Of a DNA stretch of 64,000 nt, positions 23,963-36,606 are shown one piece after another. Made by a program: the position numbers and the translations under genes. How positions within the stretch are numbered: position 1 is the stretch's first letter; every line of letters begins with the position of its first letter. The stretch is from Vicugna vicugna (lineage: Eukaryota). A model generated the notes under the pieces. That model saw only the letters and a program-made list of their open reading frames with translations, had not been told where the DNA came from and made no database searches. The stretch lies in contig MU058687.1 in the NCBI GenBank assembly GCA_013265495.1, positions 1,426,001-1,490,000 of the forward strand. The letters run 5' to 3'.

Positions 23963-26900
23963 AAAATTATCCCTTTCTTCTCAACTGGGAAACGAAACAA
24001 GCTGAGGCTAGAAATGGTTTGAATGGGGCAAAGGGAGAGTGTTTATTTTCTACATCTTTCTCTTAATCTAAGTGTTCCTTCCATTTCTCCCTGTGTCATC
24101 TGGTCTCAAGAAGAAATGCTGATGAGCCTACCTGTTTCCAGATGGCACAAGTGTTGGGTACCATCTGGACCCAATGGTATGTGGTACCCTCTGTACCATG
24201 GTGATGATGGCTTAGCGTCAGAGGGAGAGGGAGACAGAGCATGGGTGTGATTTATGCAAGTGATTCAGTCTTCTTGGGCCCGATTCCCTGCAGGACTAAC
24301 TGGAGGCCAAATTGGGAAGAAGGAAAAGATTCATCCTCATTCCTTCGGCCCCTTTTCCATTGGGAGTGATTCTGACTCTCACCTGCTTAGAATTGAGGGT
24401 GCCAAGGAGTTTTCTGGTACAAATATTAACAGTGCAGGAAATTGGCCCAGAGGATGGAGAGGAGTTTGAAAAGCAAAGAATCAAACCCATTGTATTCTTA
24501 AAGAAAAGACTTTGAAAAAAAGCCCGCAACTTGTAGGTCTCAAAAGAACATCTTCTTTCCAGTTTTCCCTTTAGAAAATATGGATGTAAAAAAATACTCG
24601 TTTGTACACACTTGCCTTGAGAAAAGCCCCTCAGAAATATATAGTAGTTATCCCAGAGTCGTGGGATTCCAGGAGATGGGTTTTTTTCTTGTTTGGATTC
24701 ACAGCCCAATTTCCCTATGATGAATGTGAATGACAAGATTGTTAGATGCTAAGTGAAGGTTAGGTTCTAAAGTCAGTATGTAAAGAAGAAAATCATGTCC
24801 CGTAAAATTACCCACTGGAGGTAACTTCCCTACTAAAAAGGGATATACGTGGCTTTGTGTATCTTAAAGTAGTTGCCTTGAATTTAGGGGCCAAGATTTA
24901 TGAAAAGGTACAAATCTTCATAGAGCAGAATCCATTCAAGGTGCCAAGCGGTGCTAAGCTTTGTGGGAACAGAAACCAGCTGCTGAGGAAACATCTGTCG
25001 TCTCGTTCTTCATACTGCGAAGGCTCTGCTCACTGAGTGGAATGGCCTGGGGAAACATCCTCAGTCTTCAGATTGCTTTCTTTCTGTCTCCCTCTGTTTC
25101 TCTCTCTCTCCTTCCAGGGTGTGGTGAAGGGGCTTGTCTTAAAGCTGGGTTTGCCAGGCAAGCTGTTATATTCACTTCAATTGCATCTTCTAGATCAGTA
25201 AAATTAGCATTTTATTCTACAGTGGATTTATTAATTCATTAAATTGAATTGATGAAGTTCTAAGATGAATTTATTCCCACTTCATATAAGATTAGGAAAG
25301 CTTTAGGGTGTGGGGTGGTTGGAATGGGACAGGTCTAGGGATGAAAGCAGGGCCATTTAGGAGGTTGGGAGGGGCCTGCCCACCTCTGCTTGGAAACCCA
25401 GCCTGGAAGCTCTGCGCTGCTGCAGCAAGTCGTCTGTGAGGATGGTCTTAACTTTGGATCATTTTCTTACTTGGGGTCCTGCTCTGGTTAGGCTGGGGTG
25501 GTGGGCAGGAGGAGAGGTAAGTTGGAGGGATGGAGTGGAGTCATTTTTGTATGTTCCTCTCTCATCCCCCAGTAGAAACAGGTCCCCATGAGATTGGTAT
25601 GCCACTGGGAGCTGTCTGGGGTCCCTGGCAAAGGGGACATTCACCATTCACCCAATACTTACTTATTGAGCATGAATTACATGTGAGGCACGGGGGTAAG
25701 TATGGAGTCTTTTGGGGGGCAACCTATATACCCTCCTTCCTCCCTGCCACTGGGGCAGGAAGCAAGTGACAGAGAAACACAATGGTGGCTGCTCAGTGCC
25801 CTCTCATTCAGCGACCTGTCTAGCCCTATTGATCATGTGGAGCACACCAGTAGATTTAAGACCTGAGTTAAAACCCTTAAGAGTTAAGGGTTTTGCAGTT
25901 AGACAGACCTGGGTTCAAATCCCACCTCTGGCACTTGTGACTTGCATGACCTTGGGCAAGTTATTCTGCTTTTCTAAGCTTCAAGCAAGTTATTAAGTCA
26001 TTCTGTAAAAGGGAATGATACTGAGCACCTACTATGTGCGAGGTACTGGGGAGACGTACTGAGCAGTGCTCTCTGTCCAAGAGCCTTAGAGACTGTGGAA
26101 AAGACTGATGTTAATGTTTGTAAGGGCCCCAGACTGTAGTGGGGTCTCTAAGAGAAAAGGAAGAGTCTTTTGAGACAGGATAGCAGAGCCCTCATTTGGG
26201 TCATTTTCAGGGGAGGGCTTTAAGAGAAGGGCTCTCTGAAGAGCTGCTTTAAGTTGAGAACAGCGGGATGAGAAGGCACCAGTCTAGGGGTGTGGGAGAG
26301 AGCATCCCAGCAGAGGGCAAAGCGTTTGTCCCACCTCCACCTGATGAAACCCTCCTCCCTTCCATCCCCTTCGAGAAGAGGAAGCCCTCTTTAGCTAAAA
26401 ATAAACTTGCTGAGCCTCAGAAAATCCTGTGTCTGCCCAGAGCCCCCCAGAGAGACGATTCCGTGGTTCTAACCCTGCGTACCACACCCCACACGATGTG
26501 TGAGGCCGGTGGTCCTCAAACTGCAGCCCCCAACTTCCCCGGCTAATTCTGCCTCCCTGACAGCGTGTCTCCAGCAAGGCTGGGCTCCCAAGCTGGGCGC
26601 CCGCCAGTCAGTCTGGCCAAGGGAAGGAACTATTTTGGGAATTTTTATGATGGAACAATATTTTTTGGGTAAACAAACGGAAAGCTGTTAAACAGGGACG
26701 TGCACCCCCTCGCTCCTGGTTCACCTTTCTCCGTGTGGAGGTGTCACAGAGGGAGCACTGTCCAGTGGGGAGAATGTCCCCGGGGCTACCACCTTCAATG
26801 CACACCTCACCATTTCTCTCAGGATAAACATCTATGGAAATTGGGGAGGCTGCCCCTTCCCCAAGCCCTACTTTGGATTCTTTGAAAACAAAAGCCCTTG

Positions 26901-28019
26901 GTGCATCTGGGGTAGTGGGGGGCTGGGCCTAGCCTGATTAACCCCTTAGGGCTTGAGGATGGCCTGGACTCAGAATGTTGGCTCTGGAAGGGACCTTAGA
27001 GGACAACCGCCACCCCTTTTCTATCCTCCTCAACAAGTGAAAGAACCAAGGCCCAGAGAGAGGAGACTGCCTTCCCAAGGTCACAGAGCTCATCCACTGT
27101 AAACGAGGTCAGAATCCCAGACACCAGAATCCTAGTCCTGTTCTCTTCCTGCAGAAACAAGCCAGACCAGTGGTCTAGAAAAGGAAAGGGCAGACTCTAA
27201 GTTCGGTATTTTGCAAAGAGGCTACAAACAGTATACCATAGCAAATCATGATTGCACTAAGCTCCCCGCACCCCCACCCCTCAGTGTATCCTGGGAAAGG
27301 ACACTCCTTATTTCTGAGGACCAGTCCTTTATCCCAGCCTCGCTCTCACCTGGCCTGACCTCTCCAGGCACTCACCTCTGATTGGCTGTTGTGGCAGCTG
27401 GGACCTCGTTACCAAGGGCCCCTCTCCTTGGTGCTGGGCAGCTATCCCCACCCAAGCATCATTCTGCAGCAGTCCTGGCACCTCCTGGTCTACCCCAGGG
27501 GCTCCCATCATCCACAGCTGCCTGGGTCTCATTTTCTCAGAGCAGGCTATGGCCATTTTTTTAAATGTCTGATCTCAGGGAAAGACAATCAGGGCCCCTA
27601 ACTGAAAAAGAGATCAGTACATTGCCTTCCCCTATTGGCAGAGCTAGGAGGTCACTAGATTGTTATGACAATAATAGCTGCCTCCTATTGAGCCTCCACA
27701 GGCCCTAATAGATATCTTTTCTTTCATACGTACAACAGCCATGCATGGTATGGATTATTTGTCCCACTTTACAGATGAAGATGCTGAGGGCCAGGGAAGC
27801 CCAAGATCACATGACTGATGAGTAAGTGCTCCGTCTGGCTCTAATCCGTCAGCTCTCCCCACCAGGTCGCCTCCAGGTGTGAGACAGAGAGGCTCTGGCC
27901 GGGACCGTGGCAGAACCGTGTAGCGGAAAAGGCTCTGTTTGCAAGCTCCCTTAGATTGAACATTGGGGTTGAAAGAAACAGACAAATAGAATACGTCACC
28001 TAAGTTTTGAGTCTTGAAT

Positions 28020-28490
28020 TGGTCAGGAATCTTCTATTTTTGAATGATAGAAATCCAACTTAATCAGCTTATATAAAAGAGAGCTGACCTTCATTTGTGT
28101 GTCTGGGAAGTCCGGGGTTACAGCTGGCTTTAAGAACAGCTTCATCCAGGACAGTCTTTCTCTTCCTCCGCCTCTTGACTCTGCTTGGCTTATTCTTCAG
28201 ACAGGCTTTCTCCACACCATGGTATCAGTCATGACTGGAGCCCCAGAACCACAGACAGGGATCATTTTCTTTCTTAGCTTTGAGGAGAGAAGCCCAGGAT
28301 TTGTATTGGTTGGCCTGGGTCATGTGCCCATTTTCTGAGCCAATCACTGTAGCCTGAGGGATGGAGGACTCTGAGCCGCATAGAATGTGCTCCCCAAAGC
28401 GAAATGGAGCTTCGGGGTCTGATGAAGTGGAGAAAAGTTTTGGAGACACAGAAACAACAGATAGTGCAGGCAGGGCAACTGGGAGAATGT
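28020..28490 (-). mobile_element. Old MaLR LTR (MLT1-like)
   Basis: attggttggcctgggtcatgtgcccattttctgagccaatcactgtagcctgagggatgg motif. Confidence 0.65.
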
Positions 28491-31400
28491 TGGCACCACT
28501 GACGAGCGGAGGGCAAAATCAGGACGAAGGGCTACTTAGGAATAACAATACTAACTATAACAACAGTGACAAGCAACATTTATCACTTTTCAGCTTACAG
28601 AGCCCTTCTGCATACCTTATTCAGTCCTCATACAACCCTGAAAGGAAGGCAGAACAAATGTTGTTACTGACCTCATTTTACAGATGAGGGGGCAAATTTG
28701 GAGAGGGTAAAGGATGTGCTCAAGGCTGGCAGGTGGCAGGTCTGGGTCTCTATGGTGGACTCACACTCATGTTCTCTGAATTCAGGTTCAGAAGGGAAGA
28801 CATGTGGAGGGTCCAGTGCCTGGCGTCCCAAAGGCAGATGTTACACACCTGAGCTTGTTACTCTGGGATCATTTAGCTTAGTGTGATCCCCTGCAAGGTA
28901 TTACATGCCACGTGGGCAGGGATCTTATCTATCTAGTTCACTGCTCTAGCTTAGTACCAAACACTGTGCTTGGCACATAAGAGGAGCTGAATACGAAGTG
29001 ATCCAGTAGTATCCTGGGGATGGAGGGTAGGGACCAGAGCTGGAGGCCACGGACTGAGCCCTGGAGAGTGAGTTCGGGAAGAGCAAAGGATTGGGAGCCT
29101 AAAATGCAGTATGGTTGGCCCCAGCTCCAGACAACCTTCACCAAATGCACTGCAAGCCTCACATCTGCTGGGTGGACCAAACTGGACAGATTGGATCTAG
29201 AGACTCTGAAAATCTCATTGGTGCAACTGGACTGGGCTCGTATCACGTGAGTTGTGTCTTCTGGGGCCTGTCTTTGCTGTGCCTAACTGCACTTCTCTTT
29301 AATTAAGTTCAAGTTAAGTCCATCAAACTCCATTTATTGAGCACCAACTACATGCCACGCATTGTGCACCAAGTGTATGGTGATAAGTAAGACAATTTTA
29401 AGGATGATTTTACTGATCACTCGTTTGTTTAATCCCCATCACTTCCCAGGTGCTATGTTAAGCACTGGGTGGACAAGGTTTGCTTAAATTCCTTTTTTTT
29501 TTTCTGTAAATATACCACAACACTTTTATTGATTTCTTTGTGCCTTGACTTGATCCAGAAAAAATCAAAGTGGCTTGCAAGTACCACAGAACATAAAATA
29601 ACATAAATTAGGAGTAGTCATAGGGAAAAACAAAAAAGATATAGATAAAAAGTTGAAGCCAAAATGCAGAAGATTTGCTGAAATTCTTATTGTAGGTCCA
29701 CATTTATGCCCAACTGATCATAATATCTACAATGTGACACATGATTTGATCTGCATATAAAAAAGTGTTTTGGGATTATAGAGATAAAAGTGGCCAATTT
29801 TTGTTTGAGAGATTCAGGGAACTCTTGATAAGGAGATGTTATCTGAGCTAGACTAACAGAAAACAGGAAAAGGTAAGTGCAGGATGTGCTTGGAGGATGA
29901 ATGGGGAGCTGCTCAGAGTGGGGAGCATCCGTGCACAGTGGCAGGTGGTGGGAAGTGGAAGATGGGAGGGAGGCTAAGCTTGAAGACCAGTCCAGGGATT
30001 TCCATTTTACCTTTAGATGCCCTGGTCCCTTGGTAGGGAAGCCTTGCCTGGTATGTGTCTGTATTTTGCCGTTTGGACATCTGTTTGTTTCATATTTTGT
30101 TCTCTGGTCCTGTTTATGTCTGTTGCCTCTTAAAATATGAACTTCTAGTGGGCAAGGCCAGCTTCCATGCATTGTTTTTTCATGCTGAGCCCAATATAGT
30201 AGGAATCATAACCAGGTCTCCCGGCCAGGAGAGGCTGGCCACGAGCTCTACTCTGTGACTAAGGAGCAAAGGGTAATCGGAGCTGCTGAAACTGAGTTGT
30301 CCCTGGGCTTCCCTCATCTATCACCTTTGGGGTCGCCCCGTGCTGGAGTGGGCTGGTGTCTGCTGATACCAGTTTCCCTTCATCTGATGATAGAACTGAG
30401 TTTGAGCCAGGCGCATGCCCCCCAGCCTCCCTTGCTGCTTAGTGTATCCACACAACTACGTTTCAGCCACTGGGATGTGTGTAGAAGTGACCCACATTTG
30501 AGCAGGGGGTGAGGACCACTCGAGAAGCCATCTTGGACATGGCCATGAAACTGTGTGTTGAGGATGGCAGAGACTATCTCTGGCATTGGGGATTATTTTG
30601 AAGCCTCTTTATTATAGTAGCATAGTCTGTACCTAAATCTGTTTAGTAGAGGGGACTTTGAACATCTAGTTCTTTGTCCTGTGGTCTTGCACAAGTCACC
30701 ACATCTTTCTAGGCCTTGCCTGTCACACCTGTCAACTGGGAACATTAATAACTCTTTCCTTGCTCCAAGGCAAGCATCTAAGAGCTGAGGATGTGGCTGT
30801 GACTTGAAAAGTTCAGGGAGAAGGCACAGGTGCGTGGGGAGCATCTTCAGGGTGAATGAGTGATGGTCTTCTAAAACAGTTGATCACTCAGTCATTTCCT
30901 CTTCAGGAGGTTTTGAGAAGCTCAATTAAACGGCTGGTCCAGCTGAGCAGAGCTGAGGCTGGCCCTGCGGGTGTTCACCATCAGCCCAGAATAATTCTCC
31001 CCAAACTTTAAAGTGCTCAGAAAGCACAAAGTTTGTCTTGGCTGTAATGGGCCAGACCTAAGGAAGTGATCTGGGTCAAAAAGCTTTTACACAATTGTAA
31101 GTCATGGGACATGCTGAACCCACTTAAACCTCATTAAAACGCCATGGCAGGTTGAGTGTTTATGTTTCGTGCTCATGAGGTTTGAATGTTTAAATTCACA
31201 TGAAAAACGTAAGCACGAGATGAAATAACTGGCAGCGTCTGGGCCACTATTTGGGGACGAAGGGTACTTGATGGTGACAGCAGTGCTGACAGAACACACT
31301 GCCTCTGAAGTCCATGGAGGGCCCCAGCTCAGATGGGACCCAGGCCTCCGGCTCCGCTAACCCACCCATTAACACAATCTGCCTTTTCTCCTGTAACCCG

Positions 31401-33137
31401 GTGCTGGGGACTGGTGCTTGCTCCGCACACCCCTGGTTGATTTATGATAAATGAACGACAGAGCCTGTGCGATTTGGGAGAGTCAGGCAAAGAGCCAAGT
31501 GTAGGGGCTGGTTGGGGAAATTGACTAGAAAAGGAAGGCTGTGCAAGAAAGAAATCAGACAATGCATTTGAAAAACTGGAAACAAATTCCTTAAACACCT
31601 CACAAGAATAGTAGGAGAACAGTTAAACAGATTATGGGCTGATCACACATTCTGTTTATTTTTTTAGAAAGTATTAATTGTCTCCTGTGCATCAGGGTCT
31701 TGCGTTCTCAGGTGGGACAAAACTCCTGACTTCATATTATGCAGTTATTTAAAATGACAGTGATGAAGCTTAGGGGACAACATGGAAAATGCCTGTGATA
31801 TAAATTTAGCAAAAGATGCAAGCATCAACATTTATGTACAGTACAATGACGGCTAGATTTTAGGAAAAAGATAGATGTAGAGGAAGATGAAATGAGAGAA
31901 AATATGACAAGGAAGTCATGACTGTTATGGCCAACCTGTCTTTATTTTCCTAACTTCCTGTGCTATAGCCGTATTCCATTATATAAGCTTAAAAATTTTT
32001 TTTTGAAAAATAAAAAGGGATGTTATCTGATCAGGTGACCCTCCCACATTAACCGCCAGGTCCAGCAAGCCGTTACACTGGACCAGCTGGTCTTCCTGTG
32101 CCAACCGACTGCTGACCTTCTCCAGGTGTCAAGCTCTAGTCTGAATCATAGATGCTAAAGTTTGGGAGGGGCCCGGATATGCAAAAGGGCACCCTTCTTG
32201 GTGATGGCAAACCCAGCAGCTCTCCAGTGGAAACGGAGAGGCCCTCAATCCAGCACAACGTGGGGGCTGGTATTTCTCCCCACTCTCAGGGCTTGGGCAC
32301 CCATCCATTTAGGGCATGAGATGAAGGACTTGGCCAGCTTCCCACCTCGGGGATGGATGGGCCAGGCGCAGCCTGCCAAGCCACCACCAGGCACTCACAG
32401 CTGTGCCTGCCCGCCTGGAGAAAGTGAAGGTTCCATCCGGTTACTCCAAATCAGCCTGCCTAGGGCGTGACTCTGGGATGTAACATGGAATCAGATAGAC
32501 CCGATTTTGAAAAAGACTTTACAAATATTCAACTGAAGAACTACATGAACATAGTTAGAAAAATGAAATTCTACTGAACGGCTTATAGTTAAAAGCAGAC
32601 CTCTGTTCCACTGCTCCTTGGATTCAGTCTTACCTCCTAGAGACTGGCTTTTAATTGTTTCAGTTCTTGGTTCTGTCAGTTTCTTTCTACCTCCAGTAAT
32701 ATAATATGCTAATCCTGCTGTGTTCTGGTGGTTCCTCAGGGTACTTTATCTTTTGTCTCCCTGCTCAGATAAAGCAGGATTTAACTCATCTGTGCACTTG
32801 AGTAGACATGGAGAGGCACCATTTCGATGATGTCTTCAAAAATGGACTTGCCGCCAGCTGTGGGAATAGTGGTCAGGAGACGCCGCCAGGTGCCAGCTTC
32901 TTTAGGGTCAGCCTCAGAGGTGCAGAGCCATCTGGCCCAGGCCACGCCCTTTCTGGGACAGCCTGCATCCAGCGCATCCCGTGAGGGAGCAAAGCCAGGC
33001 TATTTCTGATCAACACGGGACTCAAATGGTGAGTGCTTACTTCAGAGCTCTGGGCTGGTTGGAGGAGGCTTTGTAGGGTCTGCATTGCAGTTTGATTTCT
33101 CCCTCTGCCAAACCTGCTTCCTTCCCATTCAGTTAGT

Positions 33138-33270
33138 AGACATTTGACCCAGGCCAAAAGGTCCTTGAAATTTGGCCCTGTCCAAAACCATGTGGCATGG
33201 AACAAATATGCTCTTGGATGTTTTGGATAGGATCAGATTTCAAGGACCATTTGGCATGGAGCAAATGTCT
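33138..33270. repeat. Long imperfect inverted repeat (51-bp arms, 31-nt spacer)
   Basis: Arms 33138-33188 and 33220-33270 align without gaps, 43/51 Watson-Crick complementary. Confidence 0.92.
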
Positions 33271-33364
33271 GTGGACCAAATGTCCTATGGATATTTTGAA
33301 GACCAAATGTCCTGCAAGGTCCCACCTTTTCATAGGTGCCCATCCTAATAAACAGCATGTTCCC

Positions 33365-33965
33365 CCAACTCTCTCAGTGTCTGCTTCCAGGGAACCCATC
33401 CTGTAACAACTGCCCCTGTACCTCTCCCAATTTTCCAGAGTGTATCAATTTGTATGTACAGTGTCAACTTAGCAGGAACTACATTTCCCCAAATTTTCTG
33501 CCCTCCCCCCATGGTTCCAAGTTAGGGTTAGCCATGAGGAACATTTGTGCAAAATTTGGAAGGTACAAGCGAAGCAACAGGCATTTTCACTCTCTGAAGG
33601 TTGGCACGGGGCCAGATGTCATTGCTGCTCACACCTGTCACTGACACATGGCTCACATTGTGGTCCTGTATCCCTTCCAGTTCTCCTTCAGCTCTTCTCT
33701 GTCCTGCACTGGATGCATGTGCAGCTCCATGATGGGGACATCTGCTTATCTGAAATCACCTATATCATGGCAATTCCACAGAGGTCCCAGCTTGTCCTCC
33801 CTCTTCCTCACTGCCATCTTTTCTTCTCGACTGCTGGTTCTGCTGACCACAGGCCCAACACGAGACACAGAGGCAACAGTCTGACATAGACCATTAAATC
33901 AGGTGCCATGACTGTGGAATCTAGTCCCCATAACAGGTCCCTTTTTCTTGCATTCTAACTGATAT
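33365..33965 (+). mobile_element. Old ERVL LTR relic (LTR16/LTR33 group)
   Basis: aactacatttccccaaa...ggttccaagttagggttagccatgagga motif. Family assignment is tentative. Confidence 0.4.
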
Positions 33966-34780
33966 AGTCACTATTTGTGGTTCCTCTGTTGACAACTTTG
34001 TTTTACCAGCTCTCTAGCATATTGGACTCCTTACCCTATAAGGTTGGATATTAGTATCGCTCTCCCAGTCTTCCCCTTCACCTCTTCTATCAGCTATCCT
34101 TAAATTTCTACATTGTCAAGTGTGTTACAGTTATATGCTGTCCTAAAATCATAGTGAACCTTTCCCTTTTTTTGTTCATGGTCCATTCTAAAAGTTGAAG
34201 ACCAATAAACAGCAACTGGAATGGTGTATTTTGTGTGGGTAAATGGGCACAGGGCCTGGTGATGGTCAATGGTCATAGTCCTTTCCCTGCATGCCAAAGG
34301 GCAGACAGCTGTGTCACTTAAAGAACACTATTCTTAGCCCCAAGATTAAATAAATATTCTTATTTTATGTACCATCATTTGCTCAAATGCATCTTACCTC
34401 TTATATTTCATTTTTGGACCACAACTTTCTTGTGGTTTGTTTTAACCAGAGTTTTTGATTGCTTTTGTTTTTCTCTTTGGGCAAAGAAAGCTAGGTCTTT
34501 GTCATCATGTATCAATTTCATCATCTAGATTTTTACTTATTTTATGCGTTTCTTGGATCCATTATATTCTTCTAGTAGTCTTTCTCTTTGGGACTCACTG
34601 ATCTTTTATTGAACATCAATTTCTTTGGAGGCATGCTAAATGGCTGAGTTCTGGGTAATTCCACCATTTCTTATAGTTTCACATTATCGTTTTGTTCCCC
34701 TAATTTTCACTCCACTTTTGCTGAGGTACATTTTCATTTAGTTTATCCATGAGGCATGCACAAGAAGGAAATATCCAGTA

Positions 34781-34979
34781 CAGTTGACCCTTGAACAATG
34801 TGGGGAACAGGGGCACCACCTCTCCCTGTGGTTGAAAATCCATGTATAACTTCACTGTCAGGCCCCCACAGCCACAGATTCAACCAGTGATTGTGTAGTA
34901 CAATAGTACATATACAGTGAAAGAAATCTGTGGTTATGTGGACTGTGCCATTAAACCGGTGTTGCCCAAGGGTCAGCTG
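34781..34979. mobile_element. Tigger2-related non-autonomous Tc1/mariner MITE
   Basis: TIRs cagttgacccttgaacaa / ttgcccaagggtcagctg (15/18 complementary). TA dinucleotide on both sides (34779-34780, 34980-34981). Confidence 0.9.
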
Positions 34980-36034
34980 TACCTATGTGAAGATTTAGCT
35001 GTGTGACTTGGACAAGTTTCTAACCTACTTTGTATTTCAATTTCCTCAATTATAACTTGGGGATTATGTCACCTGCCTCATGGGATCACTGTGGGATTAT
35101 ATGTGATAACATTGGTAGAGTGCCTGATCCTTGGTGCTGAGCAGTTTGGTTTATTTCCTTAATTAAGCCACTTTTTGGCTAAGATCTTATAATGCTTCCA
35201 TTGCCTATGGAATAAAGTCCAAATTTTTTAGCATGGCCCAAGGCCCTCCATAATTGGATCCTAATTGACCTTTTCAAATTTATTTCCTATTACTCCCTTC
35301 ATGTACCTTGCACCCTGCCAAACCCTTCTCCCTGCACACCTGTGTCTTCCAGCCATCAGGCCCTGGCTCTCTGTTCTGTCTGCCTGGAAAGCCTTTCTCA
35401 TAATGTCCGTGTGTCCAATCCCATTTCCTTCTCAAGTGCTCCCTCGGCCATACATCCTTCCCTGGTCTCCAGCTATAAGCAATCCAGCACTCTCCTCTGG
35501 CTTTCATTTCTTTCTACTGGATATTCGGGTTGTTATGGCCACACACTTGGCTGGCTGCCTGTGGACAGACCAAACCCTTCCAGTGCTTCTCTGCAGCTGG
35601 GGCGGCCACAGTGGTGAGTGATTCTCTTTCTGCAGGCTGGGCAGAATCCAGGATACCTCTCGGTAACGTTTTCAGAGAGCCAAAGCACTGCTGCTTCCTT
35701 CCTCTCTCTGTCCAGTGTAGCCTTCCTCCCCCATAAACAGCCCTTCTCCACCCTCACCCCATGGAAGGGCCAACTCTACTTTTAGGGAAACCACCTATTT
35801 GGTGAGGTCTTATGGCCATTGGGAAAGCGCTCTGCCATCAAATCTGTCTTCCGCTGGGATTTAGTTAAGAGAAGAAAATGCACATACCCCTGGGAGGGGT
35901 ATCACATTAAGCATAACTTATTATTAACACGGGCATTCATTCCCTCACTCCCTCAAACATATTAGATGACTCTGGTGAGCAGGCACTGTGGAGGGCTTCA
36001 GGACACAGGGAGGAACCACATCTAGCTTAGATTT

Positions 36035-36606
36035 TCTTTTAATTTTTAAATTTTTTTATTTTTAAGATTTTTATTGAAGTGTAGTTGACTTACAATGTTG
36101 TGTTGGTTTCAGGTGTATAACAAAATGATTCAGGGATATATATATATGTATATATATATATTCTTTTTCAGATTCTTTTCTATTATAGGTTATTACAAGA
36201 TGTTGAATATAGTTCTCTGTGCTATATGGTAGGTCCTTTTTTAAATCTATTTTATATATAGTAGTGTGTATATGTTAATCCCAAACTCCTAATTTATCCC
36301 TCCCCCCAATCCCTTTCCCTTTTGGTAACCATAGTTTGTTTTCTATGTCTGTGAGTCTATTTCTGGTTTCTAAAGAAATTCATTTGTATCATTTTTTTTA
36401 GATTCTACATATAAGTGATATCATATGGTATTTGTCTTTCTCTTTCTGACTTACTTTACTTAATATGATACTCTCTAAGTCCACCCATGTTGCTGCAAAT
36501 GGCATTATTTCATTTTTTAATGACTGAATAATATTCCATCATATATTTATATCACATCTTCTTTATTCATTTAACTGTCAGTGGACACTTAGGTTGCTTC
36601 CATGTC
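36035..36606 (-). mobile_element. 5'-truncated L1 3' end with TSD
   Basis: Reverse complement encodes the ORF2 C-terminal TWKQPKCP motif followed by 3' UTR and a T-rich tail. TSD ctagcttagattt at 36022-36034 and 36611-36623. Confidence 0.93.

Noticed and set aside
22619..23976. TSD around the GLUL retrocopy (aaattctcttt vs aaattatcccttt)
   Set aside because: Needs gaps and a mismatch in short AT-rich sequence, so it is not convincing.
23380..24000. 206-aa minus-strand ORF as a functional glutamine synthetase
   Set aside because: It wanders in and out of the GLUL frame through frameshifts, starts in flanking DNA and ends at a premature TGA. It is part of the pseudogene.
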